DNA from: Candidatus Bathyarchaeota archaeon
Lineage (GTDB): Archaea; Thermoproteota; Bathyarchaeia; Bathyarchaeales; Bathyarchaeaceae
Reading direction: 5' to 3'
NCBI GenBank assembly: GCA_004376295.1
Contig: SOJZ01000005.1
Span: 110,554-174,553, forward strand
Length of the DNA stretch: 64,000 nucleotides
Position 1 is the first letter of the stretch; each line of letters starts with the position of its first letter. The translations under genes and the position numbers were made by a program. Positions 48,737 to 57,166 of this stretch are shown here, in pieces. The notes below the pieces were generated by a model. It saw nothing but the letters and a program-made list of their open reading frames with translations, was not told the origin of the DNA and made no database searches.

Positions 48737-49543
48737 GTGAACAGACACTTATTTGGGGGCGTCGTGGCGGTAGGTCTGGCGTCCATCATCCTCTGTGCGT
48801 TCATACTATCATTCAGCGTCCCATCTTTAGCAGAACGAACAGCGTCTGATACTATCTTTCACTTCACATCCAACGCTTATGAAGGCACTATGCTCTCGGG
48901 CACCTATGCTTCTCCTGGCGGCGATGACTATCATATGGACGACTTGATAAGTGCACCTGAAGGAACAGCGGTCATAAAGAATTTTGCTGTTGGCGATCAT
49001 CTACATTTCTGGACTGACGACTACGATTATAGCGGTTCTTTCGTAGACATACCCGATGCGGATGCTGAGTCATGGGTTGTCAAATTCACTACAGGCGCGA
49101 AAGCTGCGAATTTAGATGTAGTCATTAGAATCACACTTGCCGACGGAAGCCCACATTCACCCGCATTAGAGGTGTCACAGACCATCGCCACTTCGAAAAA
49201 TTCGCTCATCACCGTGACTTTTTCATACCCCACATATTTTTTTACAGGCGACTGGCAGACTGACGAGGATCTTGGAAGAGGCGGGGTGCAAAAGTTGCTG
49301 TATGAAGACACCACTATGCACAGAATCCAAGTTGATTTTGAGGGTTTTACAGGTACAACGACAATAAAATTTGGGCTAGGAAATGAAGGTAGTTTGACAA
49401 CTGGAATCGTTATACCAGAAAACTTGTTGGAATTCTTGTTTCTTGCCCCCTTCATTCCCATAACCGCCAAGGCTTTTGTACGACGGCTGAAAAGAGAGAA
49501 GCTGTTGGCAACCCATGAGGGGGAAAGGAGGGGGAAACAATAA
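48737..49543 (+). CDS. secreted protein with a tripartite C-terminal sorting-signal-like tail (candidate archaeosortase substrate)
   Basis: N-terminal signal/anchor MNRHLFGGVVAVGLASIILCAFILSFSVPSLA. The C-terminus has a short motif IVIPEN, then the hydrophobic LLEFLFLAPFIPITAKAF, then the basic VRRLKREK. The start lies 5 nt after the sortase-like gene. Confidence 0.6.
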   Translation: MNRHLFGGVVAVGLASIILCAFILSFSVPSLAERTASDTIFHFTSNAYEGTMLSGTYASPGGDDYHMDDLISAPEGTAVIKNFAVGDHLHFWTDDYDYSGSFVDIPDADAESWVVKFTTGAKAANLDVVIRITLADGSPHSPALEVSQTIATSKNSLITVTFSYPTYFFTGDWQTDEDLGRGGVQKLLYEDTTMHRIQVDFEGFTGTTTIKFGLGNEGSLTTGIVIPENLLEFLFLAPFIPITAKAFVRRLKREKLLATHEGERRGKQ

Positions 49544-49560
49544 TCCTAGACCTGCCCTAC

Positions 49561-52290
49561 GTGTTCGCGGCAATAAGCCTAGTGGCTGGTTTCCTCTTCG
49601 CCCTCTACGCCACAAAATACTACCTCTCCGTGTTCCTAGCCCTCCGAAACCACAACAACATGGTCAGCAACCACAACCACCTCTACAACAACCACAACAA
49701 CCACAACAACAACACAGCCTTCCCCAACCATCTCAACCACCTCAACAACGGAGTTAACAACCACCGCAACAACTGGAAGAACAACAACGGACCCTTCGTC
49801 TCGATCCACCTGCCCATATACAACGAGTCCAATGTGGTCGAGCGGCTGATGAAGGCATGCACCTCCTTCGACTATAGCAACTACGAAGTGATCGTCATTG
49901 ACGACTCCACGGACGAAACGACCGACATCCTAAGGAGCTGGAGCGACCACCCGAGGGTCAAGCTAATCCACAGAACAACAAGGCAGGGATACAAGCCCGG
50001 AGCCCTCTCGGTGGCTCTACAACACATGAACCCAAGGGCGCAATACGTACTCATCTTCGACGCCGACTTCATTCCACCACCCTACCTCTTGAACTATTTC
50101 GTACCATACTTCGCACAGCCGGTGGTAGCAAGAGAGGACATCATATCCGCGATCCTAGACCTGGACAGTCGATTCGTCGACAGAGAAATAAGCGTCGGAA
50201 AATACTTGGAAAAGAAAGAGAAACTCGTGAAACTCGTTGTCGAGGCGCCCGAGAGACCGGTCGACGAGAGAAATCTGGTGACAACCATCGTTCACCAAGA
50301 CCAACTGTTCACGCGGGAAGAGATAGACACCGAACAATACCTGACAAGGAGAGAGACACTCGTCACTAGGCTGCAGAAAAGAAGGCGAAAGGAGCCTTGG
50401 ACAAGAGAGTTTATTGTCTCCCAAATCCTCGGTCTCGACAAATCTTACGCCGAAAACAAGATTTCCTACGAAAAATATCAAAGGAAGAGACAAGAGCTAA
50501 CCGAACGCCTCAAGGAGATGGAAAGGGGATTACCGACCGAGATTAGCATAATGTCCTCTATCTTTGAACTCGACAGGCTCTTCACGGAAGACAAAGTCGG
50601 TGGCGAGAAATACCTAGAGAAGAGAGTCAGACTGGTAGAAAGGCTTGAAGTCGTCAGGACTCCAAGAGAAGGCGGGGAAGCTAGGGCAGAGGAGAAGACG
50701 CTGATCGAACTAGGTGCGAAACCAACAGAGAAGGATCGAAAGACCTTGTCGGAGATTCTCGAGCTGGACAGCCTTTTCGCCACAGACAAGATCGTCATTA
50801 AGGAATACTTAGAGAGGCGACGAAGACTTGTCGGAGAACTCGAAGTCATCAGGAAACGCGATGAAAAAAGAGGGCCCCCAACCGAAAAGGCTCTACGGGT
50901 CGATCTAGGGCTAGATGAGAAACGGGCGCAGATGGAAAGGAGCACATCGTATCCCATCTTCGAGTTTGATAGGCTGTTTGCGGAGGATAAAGTCAGCGGC
51001 GAGGAATACTTAGAGAAGAGGGAGAAACTGGTAGAGACAGTCTTTCAAAAGACGCGCTTAAGATACGATCTGAAAAGAATAATCCAGCTCTATAGAAACC
51101 ACAACACCGCTGCTGTTCAGGGCTACCAGCATCACTTCTTGAACAGCAACGAAAACTGGCTGACTAGAGGGATCAGAGCTGAGTACAGCGCTAGCTACAT
51201 GGTTGAGAGGTCAGCCCAAGAAGTTTTAGGTCTAATGAAGATGATCGCCGGAAGCGTGTTCATGATAAGGGCGGATCTACTACTTGAATACGGGTGGTCG
51301 ACCAGCATCACAGAGGACTGGGAGCTGACCCTCAGGCTCTACCGCGACGGCTATAAGGTTCTATACACGCCACTTAACGCGGTTCCGGCAGAATGCCCAG
51401 CCACCTTCAAGAGGCTCGTGCAGCAACGGATGCGCTGGGCCGAAGGACACACCTACAACGTCCGAAAATACTTCCGCGACATAATGAAATCCTCTGAGAT
51501 GAAACTCAGGGAGAAACTAGAGTTCCTTTACTACTCGCCCTATTACCTCCAGTCCTTCATGTTTATACTAGGCACCATCTGCTGGTTCATATCAGAGTCG
51601 CTTCATAGGCATCTATGGCACCCATACATGGGATGGGCCCTCCTGCTGTATAATTTCCTAGCCATCCCGGCCATGGGGATCACGGGGCTCTTCTTGGAGG
51701 GAACGCCAAAGAAGGACTTCACCGGGGTGTTGTCCACCATAGTGATGACATACCTTCTGGCCCCGTTTCAGGCCTACGCCTCCATTAAGGGTTTACTTGA
51801 GAAGAAAGAGGGTCCCTGGATTAGAACATTCAAGACCGGAAAAGTCACAGAACGCATGATGCTAACGGAACTCAGAATCAGGAAACGGCTGTTAGCCCTA
51901 TTCCCAAGGAAATGGTTGACATCCCTGAACGGAGCCCGCATGCGAATCAGGCGTACCATCTTCGGACCGCCCGAACGCGCCGAAATAAGACTGGCCGACG
52001 AAAGGAGCATCCTAACAGCCATCCTTGAGCTAGACAGATCGTTCGCCGAAGATCAGATAACAACCGATGAGTACCTGTCAGAGAGACAGAACTTCGTGGC
52101 AGACCTGATGGTAGCGAAAAAGCGTAAAGAGAAGAGGCTCAAGGCTGAAAAACCTGCAGAGGAAGATCGAACAAAATCCGCCGTCTTCGAACTAGACAAC
52201 TTCTTCACCGAGGGTCAGATCGGTGTCGAGGAATACTTGAGGAAAAGGACGGAACTTGTGGAAAGGCTGCAAGGAGAAGGTGAAGCGTGA
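49561..52290 (+). CDS. processive GT2 beta-glycan synthase (cellulose/chitin/mannan-synthase-like) with a ~330-aa repeat insertion and C-terminal repeats
   Basis: D (VIDDSTD), DxD (IFDADF), TED (SITEDWE) and QxxRW (QQRMRW) are all present. There is an N-terminal TM and about four C-terminal TMs. The insertion between DxD and TED spans aa ~186-515 (nt 50116-51105). Confidence 0.85.
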   Translation: MFAAISLVAGFLFALYATKYYLSVFLALRNHNNMVSNHNHLYNNHNNHNNNTAFPNHLNHLNNGVNNHRNNWKNNNGPFVSIHLPIYNESNVVERLMKACTSFDYSNYEVIVIDDSTDETTDILRSWSDHPRVKLIHRTTRQGYKPGALSVALQHMNPRAQYVLIFDADFIPPPYLLNYFVPYFAQPVVAREDIISAILDLDSRFVDREISVGKYLEKKEKLVKLVVEAPERPVDERNLVTTIVHQDQLFTREEIDTEQYLTRRETLVTRLQKRRRKEPWTREFIVSQILGLDKSYAENKISYEKYQRKRQELTERLKEMERGLPTEISIMSSIFELDRLFTEDKVGGEKYLEKRVRLVERLEVVRTPREGGEARAEEKTLIELGAKPTEKDRKTLSEILELDSLFATDKIVIKEYLERRRRLVGELEVIRKRDEKRGPPTEKALRVDLGLDEKRAQMERSTSYPIFEFDRLFAEDKVSGEEYLEKREKLVETVFQKTRLRYDLKRIIQLYRNHNTAAVQGYQHHFLNSNENWLTRGIRAEYSASYMVERSAQEVLGLMKMIAGSVFMIRADLLLEYGWSTSITEDWELTLRLYRDGYKVLYTPLNAVPAECPATFKRLVQQRMRWAEGHTYNVRKYFRDIMKSSEMKLREKLEFLYYSPYYLQSFMFILGTICWFISESLHRHLWHPYMGWALLLYNFLAIPAMGITGLFLEGTPKKDFTGVLSTIVMTYLLAPFQAYASIKGLLEKKEGPWIRTFKTGKVTERMMLTELRIRKRLLALFPRKWLTSLNGARMRIRRTIFGPPERAEIRLADERSILTAILELDRSFAEDQITTDEYLSERQNFVADLMVAKKRKEKRLKAEKPAEEDRTKSAVFELDNFFTEGQIGVEEYLRKRTELVERLQGEGEA
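49645..49791 (+). repeat. Asn/His-rich low-complexity tract encoded by imperfect AAC/CAC repeats
   Basis: NHNNMVSNHNHLYNNHNNHNNNTAFPNHLNHLNNGVNNHRNNWKNNN. The DNA is dominated by aaccacaac units. Confidence 0.85.
50140..51042 (+). repeat. six SHOCT-like ~30-aa protein repeats inside the GT2 catalytic domain
   Basis: ILDLDSRFVDREISVGKYLEKKEKLVKL; IVHQDQLFTREEIDTEQYLTRRETLVTRL; ILGLDKSYAENKISYEKYQRKRQELTERL; IFELDRLFTEDKVGGEKYLEKRVRLVERL; ILELDSLFATDKIVIKEYLERRRRLVGEL; IFEFDRLFAEDKVSGEEYLEKREKLVETV. Confidence 0.8.
52003..52269 (+). repeat. two further SHOCT-like repeats at the GT2 C-terminus
   Basis: ILELDRSFAEDQITTDEYLSERQNFVADL and VFELDNFFTEGQIGVEEYLRKRTELVERL. Confidence 0.8.
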
Positions 52291-53024
52291 AGGGCAATTT
52301 CAAGGTTAACGTCGCTGTTGTTCTTCTAACCTATATGGAGGCTGAAAACGTAGAGACACTCATCCCAGCCATTAAAGGCGTCGTTTCAAGGGTGACCGAA
52401 AACTTTGACGTGATCGTGGTGGACGACGACTCTCCAGACGGGACGGCGAGAGCAGCCGAGGCTCTTGGATCTCACGTCCTAGTTCGAAGAAATGAAAGGG
52501 GATTGGGATCCGCCATAAGAGCCGGAATTAGGGAGGCGCTAAGCCGAGGAGCCGATATCATAATTACCATGGATGCCGATTGGCAGCACAACCCGCAGCA
52601 CATACCTCGACTCATAAACGCTTGCCTGGAAGGGGCGGACATAGCCTTAGGGAGCAGGAGGATCCCCGGCGGTCAGCTAGAGATGGGCCTCTTTAGAGGG
52701 CTCATATCCTTAGGGGCGAAAAAACTGTCGAACATCGCGTTGAGATCGGGAGTTAAGGACCCAACTTCCGGCTTCAGAGCATACAATAGAAGGGCCGCTG
52801 AAGAGGTTTTGGCGTTAAGGACCAACGGATACGTGTTCCAGGTCGATTCCCTACGCCTCGCGAGAAAGCGTGGGCTGAGAATCGTTGAGGCACCAATATC
52901 GTTTAACAGCCGAAGACATGGGGTCTCCAAGCTCGGACTCAGCGAGGTGATGGAGTACAGCGGCCTCCTCTTCACGCTACTGACGCGGAGGTTACGCACT
53001 GCAGTAGACTCGTCTGGAGGTTAA
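52287..53024 (+). CDS. GT2 polyprenyl/dolichyl-phosphate sugar synthase (DPM1/Ppm1-like)
   Basis: VAVVLLTYMEAEN, VIVVDDDSPDGT and ITMDADWQH. Length is 245 aa with no TM. A GTGA overlap joins it to the upstream gene. Confidence 0.8.
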   Translation: MKGNFKVNVAVVLLTYMEAENVETLIPAIKGVVSRVTENFDVIVVDDDSPDGTARAAEALGSHVLVRRNERGLGSAIRAGIREALSRGADIIITMDADWQHNPQHIPRLINACLEGADIALGSRRIPGGQLEMGLFRGLISLGAKKLSNIALRSGVKDPTSGFRAYNRRAAEEVLALRTNGYVFQVDSLRLARKRGLRIVEAPISFNSRRHGVSKLGLSEVMEYSGLLFTLLTRRLRTAVDSSGG

Positions 53025-53027
53025 GAA

Positions 53028-54518
53028 TTGTTAGAAGGGGATAACAGATTCTGGCTCCGGCCTTGCATAATTATGGGCATTGCTTTGACGGTTCGTCTAG
53101 CTTTCTTATTTATGGTTGTGCCCATTGATTTTGCGTGGGATAGCTACCATCGCTGGCAGATAGCCTATTACACGCTTCACACCGGTTTAAGGCATGGGCG
53201 GATGTGGGATCTTTTCGGCATGGAGTATTTTTGGGGTATCCTACCGGTATTAACAGAAGCGTTTCTACTTTGGTTATCTAAAAGTAGCTCACTCATAGCA
53301 TTTAGAATTTTTAACGCAACGATTGGAAGCGCATCCATACTCCTTCTCTACCGCATCTGTAAAAAATATTTCAACGAGAGAGCCGCCTTCGCGTTGTCAT
53401 TGTTGGCAGCGATATGTCCCCCAATAGTCATTTGGGATACAATAGCTCTTGATGGATCATTAGGCGTATTCTTTCTCCTCCTATCTCTTTGTTTCTATGA
53501 AAGAAGGCAATACCTTTGCGGGGTGACGTTAGGGTTAGCATCCATGTGTAGGGTTGAGTTCTATTTTGTGACATTAGGGTTATGTCTATGCTATCTGGTG
53601 TTTGAGCGATCAGGGACAAAGTTTGTTCCCGCAATCAGCGGGTGGCTAACTGTCATGGGTCCTTACCTCTGGTTTCTCCAAACAAGAACTGGCGACTGGC
53701 TTTATCAAGTTAGGTGGAACTACCTGTGTAGCATGGGGGCGTGGGGGCTTTCTCCGGCTTGGTTCTCGGAATCTTTACCTTGGAGGGTGATGTGGGGGAT
53801 AATCCTCTTTGCAACGATACTTTCCTTAGTTCACGTTTACAGAAAGAAGCCCCCCAATTATATCATCTGGGCTCTCTTCCTGGGTTATACCATGTTCCAA
53901 GGAGTGGTCTACACGGTCTCGGTGACTCGCTATGTGGCGCTGCACGATATGTTTTCAATAATGCGTGGGTTGCAGAACATTCGATTCGTCCCAAACTACA
54001 TGTTCGCCATCATCTTGGCTCCCGTGCTGATTAATAAGCTAAGGAGCGCTCATTTCTCTAACCCTTTAGGGAGAGTGAAGATAAAGAGAGGACAAGTGGT
54101 CTCAGCAGTCATTGTAGCATTCTTATTCGCGGCGTGGTTATACGCAGACGCGCCAGTTTGTAACTCCATGTCAAGGGATTTGAAGTCAACCTGGTGGGAC
54201 GCCATCGACAGGTCGGGGTTACTTAGCCACTATAGGGGAGGAACGATAATAATCGATCCCGGATGGCCCCAGGTGACCTATTACCTCATACAAAGAGGAA
54301 TATCGCACGAGCACATTCTCGGCTCCTTATACTGTCCAGAGGGGGAAAGAAACCAGTCTCTGGCTTGGTTCAGAAAGGAAAACGCGACCTGGTATATACA
54401 TATTCTTGGTGTTTCGAGTCCCTTTCCTGAACTTGACACGAGCGGGGATCATCCGCCGTTCTACATATTCTATGCTGAACACGCAATGCGAGTTTATAAA
54501 ATATCAGGCGAAAGTTGA
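53028..54518 (+). CDS. GT-C-fold membrane glycosyltransferase (GT39/GT83 ArnT/PMT-like)
   Basis: About 11 TM. The N-terminal pattern RLAFLFMVVPIDFAWDSYHRW is followed by RIFNATIGSASILLLYRICKKYFNERAAFALSLLAAICPP. This is typical of polyprenyl-phosphate-sugar-dependent GT-C enzymes. Confidence 0.6.
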   Translation: MLEGDNRFWLRPCIIMGIALTVRLAFLFMVVPIDFAWDSYHRWQIAYYTLHTGLRHGRMWDLFGMEYFWGILPVLTEAFLLWLSKSSSLIAFRIFNATIGSASILLLYRICKKYFNERAAFALSLLAAICPPIVIWDTIALDGSLGVFFLLLSLCFYERRQYLCGVTLGLASMCRVEFYFVTLGLCLCYLVFERSGTKFVPAISGWLTVMGPYLWFLQTRTGDWLYQVRWNYLCSMGAWGLSPAWFSESLPWRVMWGIILFATILSLVHVYRKKPPNYIIWALFLGYTMFQGVVYTVSVTRYVALHDMFSIMRGLQNIRFVPNYMFAIILAPVLINKLRSAHFSNPLGRVKIKRGQVVSAVIVAFLFAAWLYADAPVCNSMSRDLKSTWWDAIDRSGLLSHYRGGTIIIDPGWPQVTYYLIQRGISHEHILGSLYCPEGERNQSLAWFRKENATWYIHILGVSSPFPELDTSGDHPPFYIFYAEHAMRVYKISGES

Positions 54519-57166
54519 GTGAAAAGATGGAAATACAACGATTAGGAAGCTTAATGGTAATAGCCGTTTACATTGCGATCCTAGTGTATTTCATCGGTTT
54601 TTTACTAAATGCCTGGACGTATTTTGCTTATCCTCCAGGAAACGACACAATTCCCCATCTATATAAAACAAAATTCATTACTCAATATTTGCCTCAAATT
54701 CGATGGAATCATCACTGGGCCTCTGGTATGCCTCTATTCAGGTGGTACCCCATCCTATTCTTCTTATTGCAAGCTTCAGCTACGGTGATAACCGCCCTTC
54801 CCGTTGAACTTGTACTGGTCATAACTCTTTCAATAAGTTACTGGTTAATCGGCCTAGGAATCTATTTGTTTACTTCTGAAATCGTGAATGATCACAGCAT
54901 CTCCATAATTGCGCCGACAGTCTTAATTTCAACTCCGATTCTCTGGAACTTATATGTGGAAGGAGGATTGTGTACCAGAATTCCGGCTGCGGGCTTCTTT
55001 GCACTTTCGCTTGCAGCAACAATCAGATATGTTAATCGACCTTCCAGAATGAGGCTGCTTTCTAGTATATTATGTATTTCTACTTCAATGTTACTTCATC
55101 CAGCCTACGGAGTGCCTGCGTTAATATCGTGCACTCTACTGACTCTAGTTATGGCGAAAGACTGGAGGCGGAAGATAACACTATCCTTAAAGATAATGAT
55201 TCCTACTCTTTTCCTAATCTGTTGGTTCTACCTTCCATTCATTCAACCTCTACCTCCTCACCGCTTATCTGAGCCATTCTCTCTTTCTGTTACAATAGCG
55301 CATATCTTCATGTTACCAACGAGGGGCGCGGATGTAACATTTAATCCCATATTCATCCCTTTGACTCTCGCACTCGTCATGATAAGTCTCTTTTACGACA
55401 GGAAAACTCTAACAGAAAACTCACTTTTAAAATGGGTTTTAGCATTTTTGTTTCTTTTTCCATTTCTAGCTCAGATCTTTGATGATTCTATTATTATGAT
55501 AACTCTTGCCTTCTACTTACTACCGTTTGACTGTTTATTGCTCAAAAGGCTGTATGATATCTTGGCACGTCACAGAAGGTTTCTTCCAAACATTATAACA
55601 GTTTGTCTAATATCTCTGATATTGATTGCTCAAGTCTGGGTAACAGGAGTAGATGTAATTGAAAAGATCAAAAACCCTGTGACAAAAGTTCCTGATGCGT
55701 TGAGTGAGATCTCAGATAGATTAACAATTCCGAAGGAAAATTTTATGTATCGCGTTGCAGTTGCTGGAAGCTACAGTGATTTGGGCGGGTGGTTTAACTA
55801 TAAATATGATGTCCCACAAACAAGGGACTATTATGGTCAAGGAATCCTAAATCCGCAGTGGAATGGTCTTTTCAGTATAATTTACTACACAACGGGTAAT
55901 TACAATGAAACTAATTTCTTCCTTGACTATTGGGGAGTTAAATGGATTCTTGCTAGAAGTGATATGAATATCCAAGGTACGTCTATACCCCATTACCAGA
56001 AATTCCTAGCTCGACAACAATATTACCAACTAACTGGACAGGCGCGGGCGATCTATGATCCAGATGAAGTCATCTACGAGTTTACATACAGAAATGCCAC
56101 TCCAATATTTTACGTTTCTAACGTCCCCACATTACTTATTCTCGGAGATGAAATAGGTTATAATGACGTATTTCTCGCATTTGCTTATTCAGATTATGAC
56201 AGCCGCTGTATCATCCCAATTAAGGGTTATGAATACATTGACGACTACACGTTAAGTCAGCTAAGTCAATTCGATGCGATAATCCTTAGAGGATACAAAT
56301 ATCATGATCGAGCTGAGGCATGGAGCCTACTAGACAACTACGTGAAGAATGGAGGTGGCTTAATAATCGAGACTGGTTACTCTCCTGATGGGAACGCGTC
56401 CTTTATACCCCCTCCATGCCCGGTTGAAATGACGAGAAAAACTGACTTTGGCAAGGAGTGGCATTTCACCTACGTTGACAGCCCAGTAACGGATGGAATC
56501 AATTTCACATCATTTTCTCCCGCGGTCTATGGCGACCACGCTTGGGGCGTTTCAGCCTCATACAATGAAAGCGTTCGCCTATGGGCTAGGACTATACTCT
56601 GGAACAAAGGACATCCACTCGTCGTTATTGGCGATTACGGAAAAGGCCGCGTCGTCTGGTCCGGTCTGAACCTGCCCTACCACATTATCAACTACAAAAA
56701 CTATTGGGAGTCGCTGTTCCTATCCAAGATAATTGACTGGGCTGCACAGGCACCTAAGAAGAGGACTACAACCGTCGACTACACGGTGAACCGCCCTAAC
56801 CCTGAAAAGATCATAGTGACCGTCAGCAATGAAGCGAATGGCATTCTGTTTAAGGAGTGCCACTTCAAGAATTGGTACGCATATTTAATTGACCATGAAG
56901 GAAAAAGACAAAACCTACCTATCTATAAGGCTGGTCCATACTTCATGTATGTGCGCGTGCCAAGTGATATTAAATTACCCATTAAAGTCTTTTTTGAGTA
57001 CGGTTGGGAATGGGAAGAGATATCCGGAGGTATAATTAGCATGATAACCTTCGTAATTTTAGTGATGTACGCTACTGGGCTTCCAGTGGATAAACCAGCT
57101 AAATATTTGGTTAAAAGACTGAAGAAGTCGGCTCAGAAGGTAGGTGGATGGTGGTATGAAGAGTAA
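54515..57166 (+). CDS. large polytopic membrane protein with a C-terminal extracytoplasmic domain (GT-C-like / PTPS_related COG5617-like)
   Basis: 883 aa. The N-terminus PPGNDTIPHLYKTKFITQYLPQIRWNHHWASGMPLFRWYP resembles the PTPS_related membrane family as I recall it. About 13 TM are followed by a ~450-aa soluble part and a terminal TM. Confidence 0.55.
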   Translation: MSEKMEIQRLGSLMVIAVYIAILVYFIGFLLNAWTYFAYPPGNDTIPHLYKTKFITQYLPQIRWNHHWASGMPLFRWYPILFFLLQASATVITALPVELVLVITLSISYWLIGLGIYLFTSEIVNDHSISIIAPTVLISTPILWNLYVEGGLCTRIPAAGFFALSLAATIRYVNRPSRMRLLSSILCISTSMLLHPAYGVPALISCTLLTLVMAKDWRRKITLSLKIMIPTLFLICWFYLPFIQPLPPHRLSEPFSLSVTIAHIFMLPTRGADVTFNPIFIPLTLALVMISLFYDRKTLTENSLLKWVLAFLFLFPFLAQIFDDSIIMITLAFYLLPFDCLLLKRLYDILARHRRFLPNIITVCLISLILIAQVWVTGVDVIEKIKNPVTKVPDALSEISDRLTIPKENFMYRVAVAGSYSDLGGWFNYKYDVPQTRDYYGQGILNPQWNGLFSIIYYTTGNYNETNFFLDYWGVKWILARSDMNIQGTSIPHYQKFLARQQYYQLTGQARAIYDPDEVIYEFTYRNATPIFYVSNVPTLLILGDEIGYNDVFLAFAYSDYDSRCIIPIKGYEYIDDYTLSQLSQFDAIILRGYKYHDRAEAWSLLDNYVKNGGGLIIETGYSPDGNASFIPPPCPVEMTRKTDFGKEWHFTYVDSPVTDGINFTSFSPAVYGDHAWGVSASYNESVRLWARTILWNKGHPLVVIGDYGKGRVVWSGLNLPYHIINYKNYWESLFLSKIIDWAAQAPKKRTTTVDYTVNRPNPEKIIVTVSNEANGILFKECHFKNWYAYLIDHEGKRQNLPIYKAGPYFMYVRVPSDIKLPIKVFFEYGWEWEEISGGIISMITFVILVMYATGLPVDKPAKYLVKRLKKSAQKVGGWWYEE

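Noticed and set aside
49515-49757. An 80-aa Gln/Pro-rich ORF spanning the substrate-gene/GT2 junction.
   Set aside because: It is the alternative-frame reading of the AAC/CAC repeat tract. The GT2 frame continues into recognisable catalytic motifs, and this frame does not.
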